A DNA stretch of 63,533 nucleotides, the filler included, from Sphacelaria rigidula (lineage: Eukaryota): NCBI GenBank assembly GCA_964200075.2. It is 10 parts of 10 records of this genome, joined end to end, with 100 filler letters (N's around TTAATTAATTAA, not from the genome) between each part and the next. Parts side by side here need not be neighbours in the genome. Positions count along the whole stretch, not along the records: positions 31,819 to 38,081 come from CAXNAA020021143.1; positions 38,182 to 44,444 come from CAXNAA020021144.1; positions 44,545 to 50,807 come from CAXNAA020021145.1; 7 more parts are not named here. One strand, 5' to 3'. Each line of letters begins with the position of its first letter. Position 1 is the stretch's first letter. The notes under the pieces were generated by a model. The model saw only the letters and a program-made list of their open reading frames with translations. It was not told where the DNA came from and searched no databases. Position numbers and translations under genes: made by a program. Shown in pieces: positions 33,535 to 45,265 of the stretch.

Positions 33535-33964
33535 CTAGGTCATCGTTTTTTATTCTCACGTTCTTTTCCTTGACGGAAACCATGATTGTGAGTGAGTTAG
33601 ATCATGTTGTGCGGGGTGGAGAACATTAACTCCGCGAAATGAGGGTGATCGTACTGCGTAGTGGTTAGTTGGTGAGGCACCCATGAGGCAGTTCCACCCG
33701 TGCCTGCCTCTGGAAGTGGCAGTACCAAAATTGACTCAATTGAGGTTGTCATCCATATTGAAGATACGTAGTGCGCCTCAGGTCGAAGAATCTCAGCAGG
33801 ATGCAGATCACTCGTGAGGCGACTCGCCGAACACATCACGGCCCTTCGTGCTTGGTCATTGCGCACCTGGTCCGGCGGAAACGCGGCGTGCTTCATCCCA
33901 GCTTTGTAGTGATGCGAAGTCAATGGTCTTATGACTACGGCATGCAAACTTGTCAGTGGCCCCC
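33535..33964 (-). mobile_element. Dispersed repeat family A, ~430-bp copy in the intron between exons B and C
   Basis: Colinear with 50953-51417 (AACCATGA, GGAGAAC, CATGAGGCAG, GGAAGTGGC, GGATGCAG, GCGACTCGCCGA, CTTTGTAG, CTTATGAC). Confidence 0.8.
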
Positions 33965-34011
33965 TCCCCCACTCCCCGCGCCCTCGATAAAGCAACACCC
34001 ATGTCGCCCAG

Positions 34012-34437
34012 GCCATCCAAGCCGCCGACGTCCACCGTCAAGTCGTGGAGAGGTGTCACCGCGAGCGCGTTGCCGGGGAATTCCAACTGCGTCATGAGCG
34101 TGCTGAGTGGGCATCCAAGCTGCGCCGGGAGCACGTCGCTGTGCAGCGAGCGGAGAAGGCACGGCGAAGAGCAGACGAGGCGGTCGAGCTGCGCCAAGAG
34201 CGCGCAGCTGTGCAGCGAGCGGAGGACAAGGCGGCGGCGGCGGAACGCGAGGTGGACAAGGCACGGCGAAGAGCAGACGTGACGGTCGAGCTGCGCCAGG
34301 AGCGCGCCGCTGTGCAGCGAGCGGAGAACAGGGCGGCGGCGGCGCAACACGAGGTGGACAAGACAAGGCGAAGAGCAGACGAGGCGGTCGATGCGGCGGA
34401 GGCTTGGAGAAAGGATCGCGCTGAGATCGCAGTCCAG
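34012..34437 (+). CDS. Coiled-coil protein, exon C with internal 34-aa tandem repeats
   Basis: CCCAG acceptor; 142 codons AIQAADVHRQVVERCHRE...ELRQERAAVQRAEDKAAAAEREVDKARRRAD (two near-identical units)...EIAVQ; GTGGGA donor. Confidence 0.7.
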
Positions 34438-35107
34438 GTGGGAAAGTGGTGGAAAACGGGGGGTACGGTAGGCAGGTGCGGCGGGCTGGGGTACAAACAA
34501 GCGGTTGTCCCATGCAGATCGAAAGTGCTGTGCACATCAAGTGTAGAGCGTTGTTCTTGAAACAAAGCCGCTCGTGTGCCCACCGTGGTGGATGCGGAGG
34601 TTAGCATCTTGTCCGAATGTGCATAGTTGTTAAGGTTATATATCCCAAATTTAGCACGAGTGCTCATGGCGATCAGACGAGAGCGGCATGTGCCAACAGA
34701 GGAGATAAAGAGTCCAACGTCTGTGACGAACGAAATAGCAACGAAAACAGCGAGGCACGTCCTGGCATGCGAGTACTTGTGCTTCGGAGCTGGTGTAGAC
34801 ACACTTGCAGCAAGGGGGCAAAGCATGGCCTACGGGTAACTTGATACAAGCTCCACAGAAATCCGTCAATTCGATTTGGGTGCAGCACCTTGCAGTAGTC
34901 GTCGTATTTTTGCGTCATGTACCGCACTTGCCAGGGTGCTCGCACCACGCTTCGCGGAGCTCACAAACGTTCGCAGTGGTTGTAGTCCTGTAGAGTAAGC
35001 GCGGCTCCACCTTGCAGAGCGTTTTGCCTTTGGTCTTGGGCTAGAGTACTTCTCCTATCCAACAGCGTCTGTCCCGTTGCTATTTATCCAACAGGTGCAT
35101 TTCATTG

Positions 35108-35436
35108 GAACCGCCGACTAGGAAAATCTGTTTTCATAGACAACCGAAAGCTCTCCTCCTACCACATCGCAAAAGCCGACTGCTTGGTCGCGTAGACAGT
35201 GCCCCTCCGCCTCCAAGTGCCAGACTTGCCCCACTCGGTCCCGCACTTGTCACCGCTCGGCCTCCACCTCTTGCTACAGACCACGCGACATTTTTCGAAG
35301 AACACGCACCTCTGCTACTCGTGCCCTCGGCGCTTCCTGTATCTCTCCCAACCATGACGGAGAAGCGGGCTTCCGGGATGCGGGGAGAGGACAGTCTCAG
35401 ATGTCCATGAAAACAGATTTTCCTAGTCGGCCGTTC
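35108..35436. mobile_element. MITE with ~35-bp terminal inverted repeats
   Basis: GAACCGCCGACTAGGAAAATCTGTTTTCATAGACA ... TGTCCATGAAAACAGATTTTCCTAGTCGGCCGTTC (2 mismatches); no clear TSD. Confidence 0.8.
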
Positions 35437-36830
35437 GTACGGAGTGCAGCTATCCTCGAGAAGTGTTGACATTAGGCTATCATTCATACCCGCGGCCTAA
35501 CGGTAGCGAACATCCCTAGCCAGAACCCAAGGAAATCAAACAGGAAAGGAGCACGCATGCACGCACGCACGCACGAACACATCCTCTGGTGGCAACTGTG
35601 TTCTGCATTAGCCACCGGCAGAGAATGCGCGCTCGCCTTCCTTCCCCCACCCACTTGGAAACACGTGACCATCTACACCTTTGAGCACAATTTCCCGAAC
35701 GCTCGAGTCGCCTACCTCAATGACTGCCCCGAGGCGGTCTATCCAAGCCTCGGGGTAATCGGCACACAAAGCCGCTTTTGGGATAGGTGTTGGGTGAGGT
35801 TTCCTCCTTCCTTCAAGAGAAAGCAAAAATTTCACGCTCCCAACAAAGCGAAGCCGTTTGTGTACACGCTGTACAGGCTGGTCCGAGACAGGATCCAAAA
35901 TTTTCGTCGGCGTTCATTTCCCACGCCACTTTCAAGAGTTACTAGACCGAATTCGACACATGTGTCCCCGAAAGCAAGCCCGAGATCGTCAACGTAGTTG
36001 CTCATCGAGTTTCGCTCTGTTTTCCAGCCGCGGACCCTTGGACATTGATGAGACCAAGCGAAAGTCCGTAGGCACCAACACCGGGGACGTCGGTTTTGTC
36101 TCCAAGAACGCGGTGGAATTGCGTCTCTGGACTTTTGACGGTGGCGTGAGAGATGAAGCATAGGTGAAGTGATTCGAGAGTGTGGAGGTTACACAGGTAC
36201 TTTCGACGGCTCATGACCCCAAGAACTGCGTTAATCGGACAGAGCCTCCGAACGATCAAACACCTCCGGCTTTCCTACTGGAGCACTCGCGTGATTTATG
36301 ACGCGAACGAGTATTTTTTCCGAGAATGTGAGGTCTCCGGGCACTCCCGGCGTCTCGTGACCCCATGAAGTAGGCTCATACTACCGAACCTCCAACCAGA
36401 ACCCGAGGATATGAAACAGAAAAACAAGCGTGCTATCATGCGTACCCCCTCCAGCTAACGGCAGGGGGCGCCGCTAAGAAAAACATGACATACATGTCTC
36501 GGGTACGGTGAGTGAGATGTTGAGTGTTGTGCCCCGCCCACTTTACGCATGTGTTCGAGAGACATTATTGAACGCCGGTATCTTGTGTTGGGGGAGTGGT
36601 CGTCGGCTCTGTTCTCAGCGTGCTTCGTTAGATTTGCGAAGCAGTGTAGTATGGAGTTGGCAACAAGCTGCGCCTGCGTCTTTGTCGCCACTGCCAGAGA
36701 GCACTAGAGTAATTCGTTCACGTCTGTGTGGGGCGGTTATTTGTAGTATTTTCACAGGTCGGACAACTGAACTGGCCCGAACTCGAATTCACTCATGTTC
36801 GCACAACTCAGCGCCGAGTCTAATGTTTTT

Positions 36831-37010
36831 GCTCAGCGGCATCTTTTCCCGTTGAGTGATGGCTGAGCTATACGGTATATCTCAGCGGGACTTTTTTCAC
36901 CGCATAACTCTGTGGGACCTTTGTCCCCCTGATGAGATATACAGTGTAACTCAGCGGTACCTTTTCCCATCAGGTGAGTAACACGGTACATGTCAGCGGT
37001 CCCCCCGCTG
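36831..37010 (+). repeat. Degenerate short tandem repeat (core TCAGCGGnACCTTTTCCC)
   Basis: 4-5 irregularly spaced copies of the core. Confidence 0.6.
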
Positions 37011-37803
37011 AATGGGTTACACCACACAAATGAGTTAACTCATGAGTTGTCCGACGTGTGAACAATTCTGAAGGTGGCTATTTTCTAAAGTTTTTTCGCG
37101 GGCCACCGATTATCACAGTGAACGTAACATGCTAGAACTTTGGGGGTCGGCAGACACTAGTATCTGCTATACATTCCGGATGGGAAAACATAGATGCAAT
37201 CAATGTGGAAAGACTCATGGGCTAATCAGTCCTCTGGGGTCCTGCGACTAGATGACCCCAGGCTGTTATTATCCGGTACTTTTGCTCTATGAACGCAATC
37301 CCGATCGTTCTCGTGGACAAATGTACAAGACGCCTTCTTATATAACTTGCTGTCTTTTTATTTTGCTCTAGAGTTATAGCTCTGTGTTTTCTGGACCAAT
37401 GACGGTCAATAACACCCCCTGACGAACGAGGTCTTTACTTCGTGTTACCCCAACAATGCCAACTCGAGGATTGTGTGCTGAGCATGACCTGCTCTCTTCG
37501 TAATACCTGCTAACTCCAGCTCTCTGGAGTGCTGATGAAATATGGTGTGCGAACAAATTGAAAAATTGTACTCAACTATGAAAATTGACAGGGGGTGTTA
37601 CTGACCGTTTTTGTTCGGAAAACATTTGTTTCCGACTCTAACGCAATACATAGCTGCATCCTTCTATGAACTAAGTCGCCATTGTGTTGGGACTCTTCAC
37701 GTGTCCATGTTCCTTGATGGATTCCAAGATATTTATCACGTGAAAAAACGCCTGCTTATTGTACCCTGTCTCTCTCTCGTGTCCACCCGAATGTTGAGCT
37801 GGA

Positions 37804-38012
37804 GGCGAGGCTTGATGCCTCCAGAGCGAAACCTGCAATCGGAGGTGCGCAGAGTGCAATATGACTTCCGAAAAGCCAGCGTAGAGGTCTCGCTGAAACC
37901 TGTCACCCCTGCGCTAGCATTCCGGGCGTAGTCTCTGCGAACCTCCGATTGCAGGCTTCGCTTGTCTGCTGACAAGCTCCACGACTATGCTCTGGAGGCA
38001 TCGAGCCTCGCC
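37804..38012. repeat. Nested inverted repeat / small foldback element
   Basis: GGCGAGGCTTGATGCCTCCAGAGC pairs with GCTCTGGAGGCATCGAGCCTCGCC. Inner GCGAAACCTGCAATCGGAGGTGCGCAGAG pairs with CTCTGCGAACCTCCGATTGCAGGCTTCGC. Confidence 0.8.
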
Positions 38013-39469
38013 CTAACCCTTTTGGGACTGGGCCTCCAGAACGACCAACGAGGCTGGTTAGGAATGACGTGTCCTGCATATNNNNNNNNNNNNNNNNNNN
38101 NNNNNNNNNNNNNNNNNNNNNNNNNTTAATTAATTAANNNNNNNNNNNNNNNNNNNNNNNNNNNNNNNNNNNNNNNNNNNNTTGAAACCTCGGAGCCAAG
38201 CGAATCTGGAAAGTGGGCTGGGCTCCTCTCTGTGGGGTGATGCAAAGTGTCCAAGACGTGTGTTGGCGATTTTGCCTCTTTGGGGGTCAAAAACCTTGTC
38301 AAATGTCCTAAAGGTGAACAATCCGTGGGCCAAAAATCTGTTTGCCATAACATCCGGCCTAACTCCACGAGTCGGCTTGAACATTTATTTGTGGATGAGT
38401 GAATTTTGCGTCGAAAGCGTGAACCAGCCTGTATCGGTCGCGTATTCACATCTTGAAAGGAATTTCGTATATGGTATCTTTAATTGTCGAAACTACACCG
38501 CAAACAAATAACGATAGATAGATACAGTACCGCAGAAATCGACGCCTGGCTCGTGCAGCAGTGCAAGTTGCCTTCTCGGAATCAGACTATCTATCGGCCG
38601 CGTACTCACGTCTAGAATATTCACCCGTGTAGCCCTTGCTACCAGCAGCTTGTGGCCAAGAGTTCCGTGTACAGTAAGTAGTGAGAGTGCGAATGTTGTC
38701 GTTCGAATGATATCATTGTTGTGGGTATGCATTTTCTTCGGATTGCGCCATGCCCGCCCGGACTCGGTTGAGCGATGTATTATTGTTGATGACCAAATAT
38801 ACCACAATGTTACGTAAAACCCCTCCAGTAAGGAGTGAGGGAAGAATCGCGACGTTCCTGCTGCTTTGTCGTGTCAAAGCCGCCGTACAGCCCGGGAATC
38901 CCCTGAGCACAAGGCACCAAATGCCGGTGCTTGAAAGAGGGGTGGAGTACTATTGCAAAGCATTCATAGATTATTCACGTTTTCCCGGCGGCAGTGTGTT
39001 CTCTCCCGAGTAGCCTGCGAGCTGCATGGTGAACTCAGTGTGACGGAACACCGCGCCTGGAAACATATGCAGTTGCAGGGTACGCGCTATACGCCGACTT
39101 CACGGTGAGCATTTGCGACACGCAGCTTTCAGAAGAATCTTACGGTATGCAGTCGCGAAACTACGAGTTGTTTCGGGCTGTTTTTATATTATCATTTCCC
39201 CTGTTTTAACCAAATGATTTACCTTGTACGAAAAAGGCGACTGCCAAATGCATGCTCAAGAGAAGACCAGCTTGAGGCCAGGAATTTGAACTTATAAAAT
39301 CCACTGAGGAATTTTCGTCCTAGAAGGGAGACGCTTTTTCGAAGATTGTCTTCTTGCGCACAAAAGCACGGGAGACCAGTCCTTAGAATAAACGTAAAGT
39401 ACGAGAAAGACACACAAAATACGACACTCCGACAGGTAACTCGACAATACTACTCTTAAAAAACACACA

Positions 39470-40000
39470 TTCACAGCGCCTTGACCCCATACGTTTCACC
39501 GCCTTCAACAAGAGCACAGCTGTAAAAATCACGAAAAGAAATTGCAAACATCGTGGAAGCACGCCACATCTTGACATAATACAACATCCCATCCAGCCGT
39601 GAGGCTAGTATGTACAGCCTCAGGGGCATCAATTAACTTTACTTCTTCTACTGAAGGAACACCGGCAGCTCTTTGCCCCAACACGTTTTACCGCTTTCGA
39701 GAAGAACACAGGTGTGCATCTTGTGGAGAAGCTGCAAACATCATAGTAACGCCCCACCTGGAGGAATAATATATCATCTTGCCCAACCCTACGGCTAGTA
39801 TGTACAACCTCGGGGGTGTCAATTTTACTTATACTGAAGGAACATCAACAACAGCTCTTCGCACCAACACATTTCACCGTCATCGACCAGAACAACGGTA
39901 TACATTGTGCGGAGGAATTGCAAACATCATGGAAGCACCCCGCTTCTTTCATAGTACGATCCTGGTCAGCCTTACGGTTACCATGTACAGCTTCAAGGCC
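39470..40000 (+). repeat. Degenerate tandem repeat, ~185-190-bp period, ~3 units
   Basis: GGCTAGTATGTACA at ~39603 and ~39793 (variant at ~39976); TGCAAACATC at ~39543, ~39734, ~39919. Confidence 0.75.
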
Positions 40001-40570
40001 GTTTTGGCTGATGAGTATCTGAAGTACTTCCAGGCAGTCCTCCACCTAACACTCAGCCCTGGACATGAGACGTTTTGTGGTCCGAATTAACTTTGCCCTT
40101 ACCGAAATACTCGTTTCTCTCCAATTACTTCAAGATATGCACGCCCTGTGAAACATGTCTGTCGTGCAATACCAAACAAACATCACGAATAGACAACATA
40201 TAACAATTTTCTCAGAGTACGTAGCCATCACCATTTTTGCCGCTTTTCGGGGGGGGGGGGGGGTTACCAGGCAAAGCGTGTCGTGTATTAATTACAACAC
40301 ACGTCGGTAGGAAACTGCCCCAACACCGTAGGGCCACACTGGCTCTGTCTCTCATTATTTACATCCATCACCTCTGCATACCACGAGCGAAGCAAAGTCT
40401 TCCCCACCTCCTACAACATGTAGACTCCACGGTAGAACATATCGGCAGGAGAAAGCTCCCACGCATTCCACCGCCAAGAGGCGCGCGGAGATTTCCTGGC
40501 TTCTCGTCGAATCTTACGGCATGTACCAGACAACATGACACTATTTTACATCTTGCATGAAGTATTACTA

Positions 40571-40856
40571 CTACACATAGGGGTCACGATAGGTGGCCTG
40601 TCCGGTGGCCATGTCAACCCAGTACTTCTTCCCATAACCGTCCCTACGCTCATCCCAGGCCGTGGCCAAAGTGCGCCGGGACAGAAGAGATGATTGGAGG
40701 CCACCACCGTAGCTACCATAGGCGGGGGCGCTGAGGCTGAGCTGAGGGGGGCTCGAGCCGTAGCCGTGCAGCTGTTGCATAGGAGCGAGGGTGGGGCTGA
40801 CAACGGGGGTGCTGCCAAGCCACTGATACGTCGTCTGGCCGGTAAAGTTGTTCACC
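40571..40856 (-). CDS. Small double-WW-domain protein, coding exon 2
   Basis: CCCCAG acceptor completes the Trp codon, giving W-VNNFTGQTTYQW (WW1), a P/S-rich linker, then WDERRDGYGKKYWVDMATGQATYRDP (WW2) and TAG. Total 114 aa. Confidence 0.85.
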
Positions 40857-41543
40857 CTGGGGAAGTTGTTTGGCGGCATATTCGAGGGTAGCGTGTAAAG
40901 GGGATTCCGACACGCACAAAAGGTCAGGGGGATGAGATACGCAGGTATGCGAGTGTTAGTATATGTACTATGTAGCGTAGCGACTTGTTGGTAGATGTTG
41001 GATAGCAGAAGATCTTGGTGGCCGATTCAGCTACAGTACGTAGGTTGGCATCAAAATTACTACTACTGTGCTTCACACGAAGTGCTTGGTTGATCTAATC
41101 TGTTGCGCAGTGTGCTGTTGATACAAACTTGAACGGCCAGGTCGGGTAGCGTATTATAGTCTTTACCCGTGTATCTCGACAAGTACTGTACCCGGACATT
41201 GCTGACATTACTTGTCCACAATTTCGAGATAAATCTATCGTCAGGACATCAGGTGAAGATGGGCTGATTCGGAATGTTTTCTCGCATGCGGCAGAGGCGT
41301 TTGAGAGGCGAACCTGGAGTATCCAGACTTCGACCGGGAACGCCTCCGCAAAAGGTAAATGCAGACACGTCAAGTGCAACATGAGAGAACATTTATTTCT
41401 CCCTGCGTGTATCCTGCTGAAACGTTTGTTCGTGAATAGAACGGTTTTACTCTACTTGTATGGGTACACATTTTGTTTCTAGGGCTCCTCACTTTAAGAG
41501 CATCTCGATGACGAATATCCGAGCCTTATTATATGTGCATAAG

Positions 41544-41632
41544 AGAGGCATATCTCAATCTCGGAGTTCCCGGTATATTTGACTATAAATTACTGTCAAA
41601 TATACCGGGAACTCCGAGATTGAGATACCTCT
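41544..41632. repeat. Near-perfect hairpin inside the WW-gene intron (candidate pre-miRNA or mini-MITE)
   Basis: 33-bp perfect stem 41551-41583 / 41595-41627, 11-nt loop, outer AGAGG/CCTCT extension. Confidence refers to the hairpin, not to its function. Confidence 0.9.
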
Positions 41633-42069
41633 AAGAAAACATTTGGCCTGAAAAGTGCACACCTATACCGTAGAATAACTGAAAAATAAGCCATACTTGC
41701 ATTCTACTGCAGAATACTGAGCAAGAACATCCGAAATATGCACTCATCGTAGGGGACATAGAAGCGCTTGAAATTGGCAGGTGACCTGTGAGTATCACAC
41801 CCATCATTTGATTTGAGTTGTGTTTCGCTCATCTTTCCACTGCTGCTGCTGCTACCATCTATATGTCTCCAAGCCATCGCCTTCTGGAAAGTGCCATAGT
41901 CTATCGTATACACTATTATTTATATATATTTCCACGAGCACCAGCTTTGTCTCTTGAGGCACAAGTCATGTTTCGACAGCGATTGATCGTCACGCGAGGT
42001 CCTCCTTGGTGCTTGCGCAAGAAGAACTCAACGTCTTGTTCCTTTTCATGTGTGGTATGCGGGTCTCAC

Positions 42070-42128
42070 CAGCATCGCCTGCCGTAGGTGTCAGTGGTGG
42101 TGATCCAAATGCCTCCGGCGGTCGCCAT
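42070..42128 (-). CDS. Small double-WW-domain protein, coding exon 1
   Basis: ATG at 42128, MATAGGIWITTTDTYGRRC+TG, GTGAGA donor (phase 2). A CAG acceptor 7 nt upstream of the ATG implies a 5'UTR intron; candidate donor AAG|GTGAGA near 43391. Confidence 0.8.
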
Positions 42129-45123
42129 TATTGTCCTGGGGGGCGGCACACAAGGAGAAGATATCATTGGAGACGGCGGCGGCAGAAAGTTAGCTTCCAA
42201 AACGCACAGCAGCAAGAAGATTGAAGATTGTCTGACTCAGCAAGATCGGTCGGTAACCTCTGTAATCAGTGCAAATTTAGTTGGTGATCGGCTTCGAAAA
42301 AAAAAAGGGTTTCAGGTACAAATCGCTGGAGAAACAATAATCGCGTTGCATTTCGGAGAGCAGAGGTGGTTTTACCGAAGACGATATGAAGAGCTGAGCG
42401 CGGTACGAGGTGTTCATTTCCATAGAAGGTGGGCTCTATCCGCCGGAGCACGCACGCACGTAGGAGCATTTCGTGTGCGTTGGTAGTCAGTAAATACACT
42501 GCAAAAAAAGTTGTACTACTCGTACGGTGTTGCTATTTTGTGAACGGTCATGTGTTGTTATGCCAGGAACGCCTCTTTACTACTTTGATGAAGGAGAAAG
42601 ATGACATCATCTTCTGTAATAGCGAGTAGATACTCGTCGTACATGTATAGGTCTATACAATGTATGCGGTCAGCACGGGTGTGGTCCGTATATGTACTGG
42701 GTCCGTTGGTTGGACCTTTGGACCGAGAGCGGCACCGACCTACCAGCGTCGTGATCAGCTTGTGCTCCAGCAAGCTCAGGTGGCACGTGCAACACGTACT
42801 GTACGTAACACCGCTGAGCCTCATCGATGATGACATTTATTCATCGGCGAGGATGTGTCGAAAGTCTACATCAGTGATTGTGACGGCAATCACAAGGTTT
42901 GCGCGATCATGATTTTCCGCGGTAGGACTGAGTAGGATTAGGATTCTAACCGTTCGATTTCGGTAGAACTACAATCTGCAATCAATCGTCCCATGTGTTC
43001 AGATTTCTCTGTCGATTGTTTGGTGTACAGTACGGTACGGTATCAATGCTCGTTCTGCTGCATGCCGCACACACAGCCTGAAGCACGGCACAGCAGCAAG
43101 CACAATCCGATTCAGACGTACAGAACTGGAGTTTGCGGACAGAACAATTCGGTACATAAAACTTGGAGTTGTCCTTCTCACAATGCGAGGGTTGTCTGCT
43201 CTTAGCAAGCAAGGTACGTACGATGGGAGTGCAAGCCACTTTCTCTAAAGCCGTAAGATACAAATACTGGGTGGGCGATATGAGCAGTAAGTGAATGCCC
43301 AAACCTTGGCGAACCTCTCTGCAGCTGCGATCGGCCCCGTACGACATGCTGCGGAGCACAAAAACATACATGGTACAAAAAGGCGTCTCACCTTCCTATT
43401 CACAGCCGGTATCGAGTGGTGGTGACTTCCCGTAGGTCTCGAAACGCTCCGCGGGCACGAAAGGGTCTATCTCGGACGTTACAGGATAGAGGATGTACGT
43501 GTTGAACTATTCAGCGAGGCGATAATCGACGTTTCTTGTTCAACTGCTGCTACTCCTAATCTCCGCTTGGGCCTCGGCTCGGGCTAACTCCGCAGCTGTG
43601 AATGTACGACGCGTTGTTGTGATGTAGTGTTGTCAAGCTTCAGCTTTGGCCGTCTATGGGGTAGCTTGCGTAGCTTAGGTAGGGGATTGCAAAGGAGGGG
43701 TGCTTGAGTGTGTGACAGAGTGGGGGGGCGGTCGAAGCTCAAGAGCGAGGATGCGTGATGCCAAGGCGTTACTTGCACTTCACAGCTTTCTTTCTATTGG
43801 TCGACGTTAGGTCCACAAGTGAAGATACTTGAGCAAGTTGCAGCATGAAATGTTGTCTGGGGATCCTGACTAAGTTGGCGTTTGTTTGCCCGAGAACACG
43901 GTATATATACAGTATGTTATCATGTCATCATGTGTACGAAGGTTCCCAGAGTTCATCCTCGACAAAAAAAACATCCTCATTTTGTATAATCCCGTGTTCG
44001 ACGTCTATCCAACACAGAGGAGGATGCTCACGGAGGCATTATTCGTGTAGCCCCTTGTGCCACACCATAGCGACCACAGCCGCGACCTAAAACCCCTGCT
44101 TTACAAGACATCTCCCAGCGCCAAGGTAGCGACGGGTATCATATTTTGGATATTTTCATGGGTTTCATGATATATACCCTTTCCTTGATGGAGGGTGTAC
44201 AAGTGTACGCGCAATATATCTCCTCTTTTTTTTCGCCAGTTTTTTGTAGTGGACATTCGGATTCCGAATCTGTGATTTAAATATCTCTCTGCCCCATGTC
44301 ACACATACATAATTTATATCGAGTACAGTTGAAAACAGTACAGTAGGTGGCCCTATATAGTGCGGGTATGGGGCAGGCGATTTCACCCGCACTAAACCGG
44401 GCACCCGCACAATATGTTTTTTGTCCTTTATTGTGCGCATCCCGNNNNNNNNNNNNNNNNNNNNNNNNNNNNNNNNNNNNNNNNNNNNTTAATTAATTAA
44501 NNNNNNNNNNNNNNNNNNNNNNNNNNNNNNNNNNNNNNNNNNNNCCGGCTGATGCGCCCACATATACCGAAAGGTGTAGACCGGCGTCCAGAATAGATGG
44601 GACGACATTAGTTGATCCCCAAGGGACCGAGCCGTGGCCACAAGGTGGACGTACCCAAGGAAAACAAAAGGGAAGCCCTCGCAGAGAAAAGAGAAATGAA
44701 AACATATGGAATAGCTCCACGTTTAAATAGTAGAAGCTAAATGATGACGGGTCGTCAAATCAAACGACAGAAAACCGGTGGCGCCAGTCCAGAGCGAAAC
44801 GGTTACTAACGGTAGCGAGCGTGTGGCATTGGCTTGTAGATGAATACTGGGATGTGACGCTTCACGCCGGTCAGACTGTTTCATCGCCTGGATAACGGAT
44901 AGATCACCACTATTGCGCGCTGCTGGTACTCGCAACAAAAGGGTGAAGAACTTTGTGAACGTGGGAAGTCTGTCTGTCGATGAACAATATGGGCATATAC
45001 AAGGTTTTCGGCGGCTTCCGCCACCACGCTCAGTCGATCGATTCCAAGATACTTGATGAAAAGATCTATTTCAAGTATATCGGGTAAAATAGGAGTTGTG
45101 TATTGTCAGTGTTGTTGTTCTGT

Positions 45124-45265
45124 TGTGACTCCCGAGGGCTCGACGGTGGCTCTTGTAATGTTGAGCTCTTCTATCGTCGAGACCTGTTTCCCAGGGTTCC
45201 GGAAATCCGGCTGTGCAGATATGAGACTTCCAGGCCTTTCGGAGAGGCCACGGTTGGACCCGCTC
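45124..45265 (-). repeat. Dispersed repeat family B, copy 2
   Basis: Reverse complement matches 3117-3270. Confidence 0.75.

Noticed and set aside
35660..35720. TFEHNFPNARV as a cytosine methyltransferase motif
   Set aside because: No FxGxG or PCQ catalytic motifs nearby.
42810..42840. Minus-strand VIIDEAQ Walker-B-like peptide
   Set aside because: A stop lies immediately upstream and there are no other helicase motifs; likely chance.
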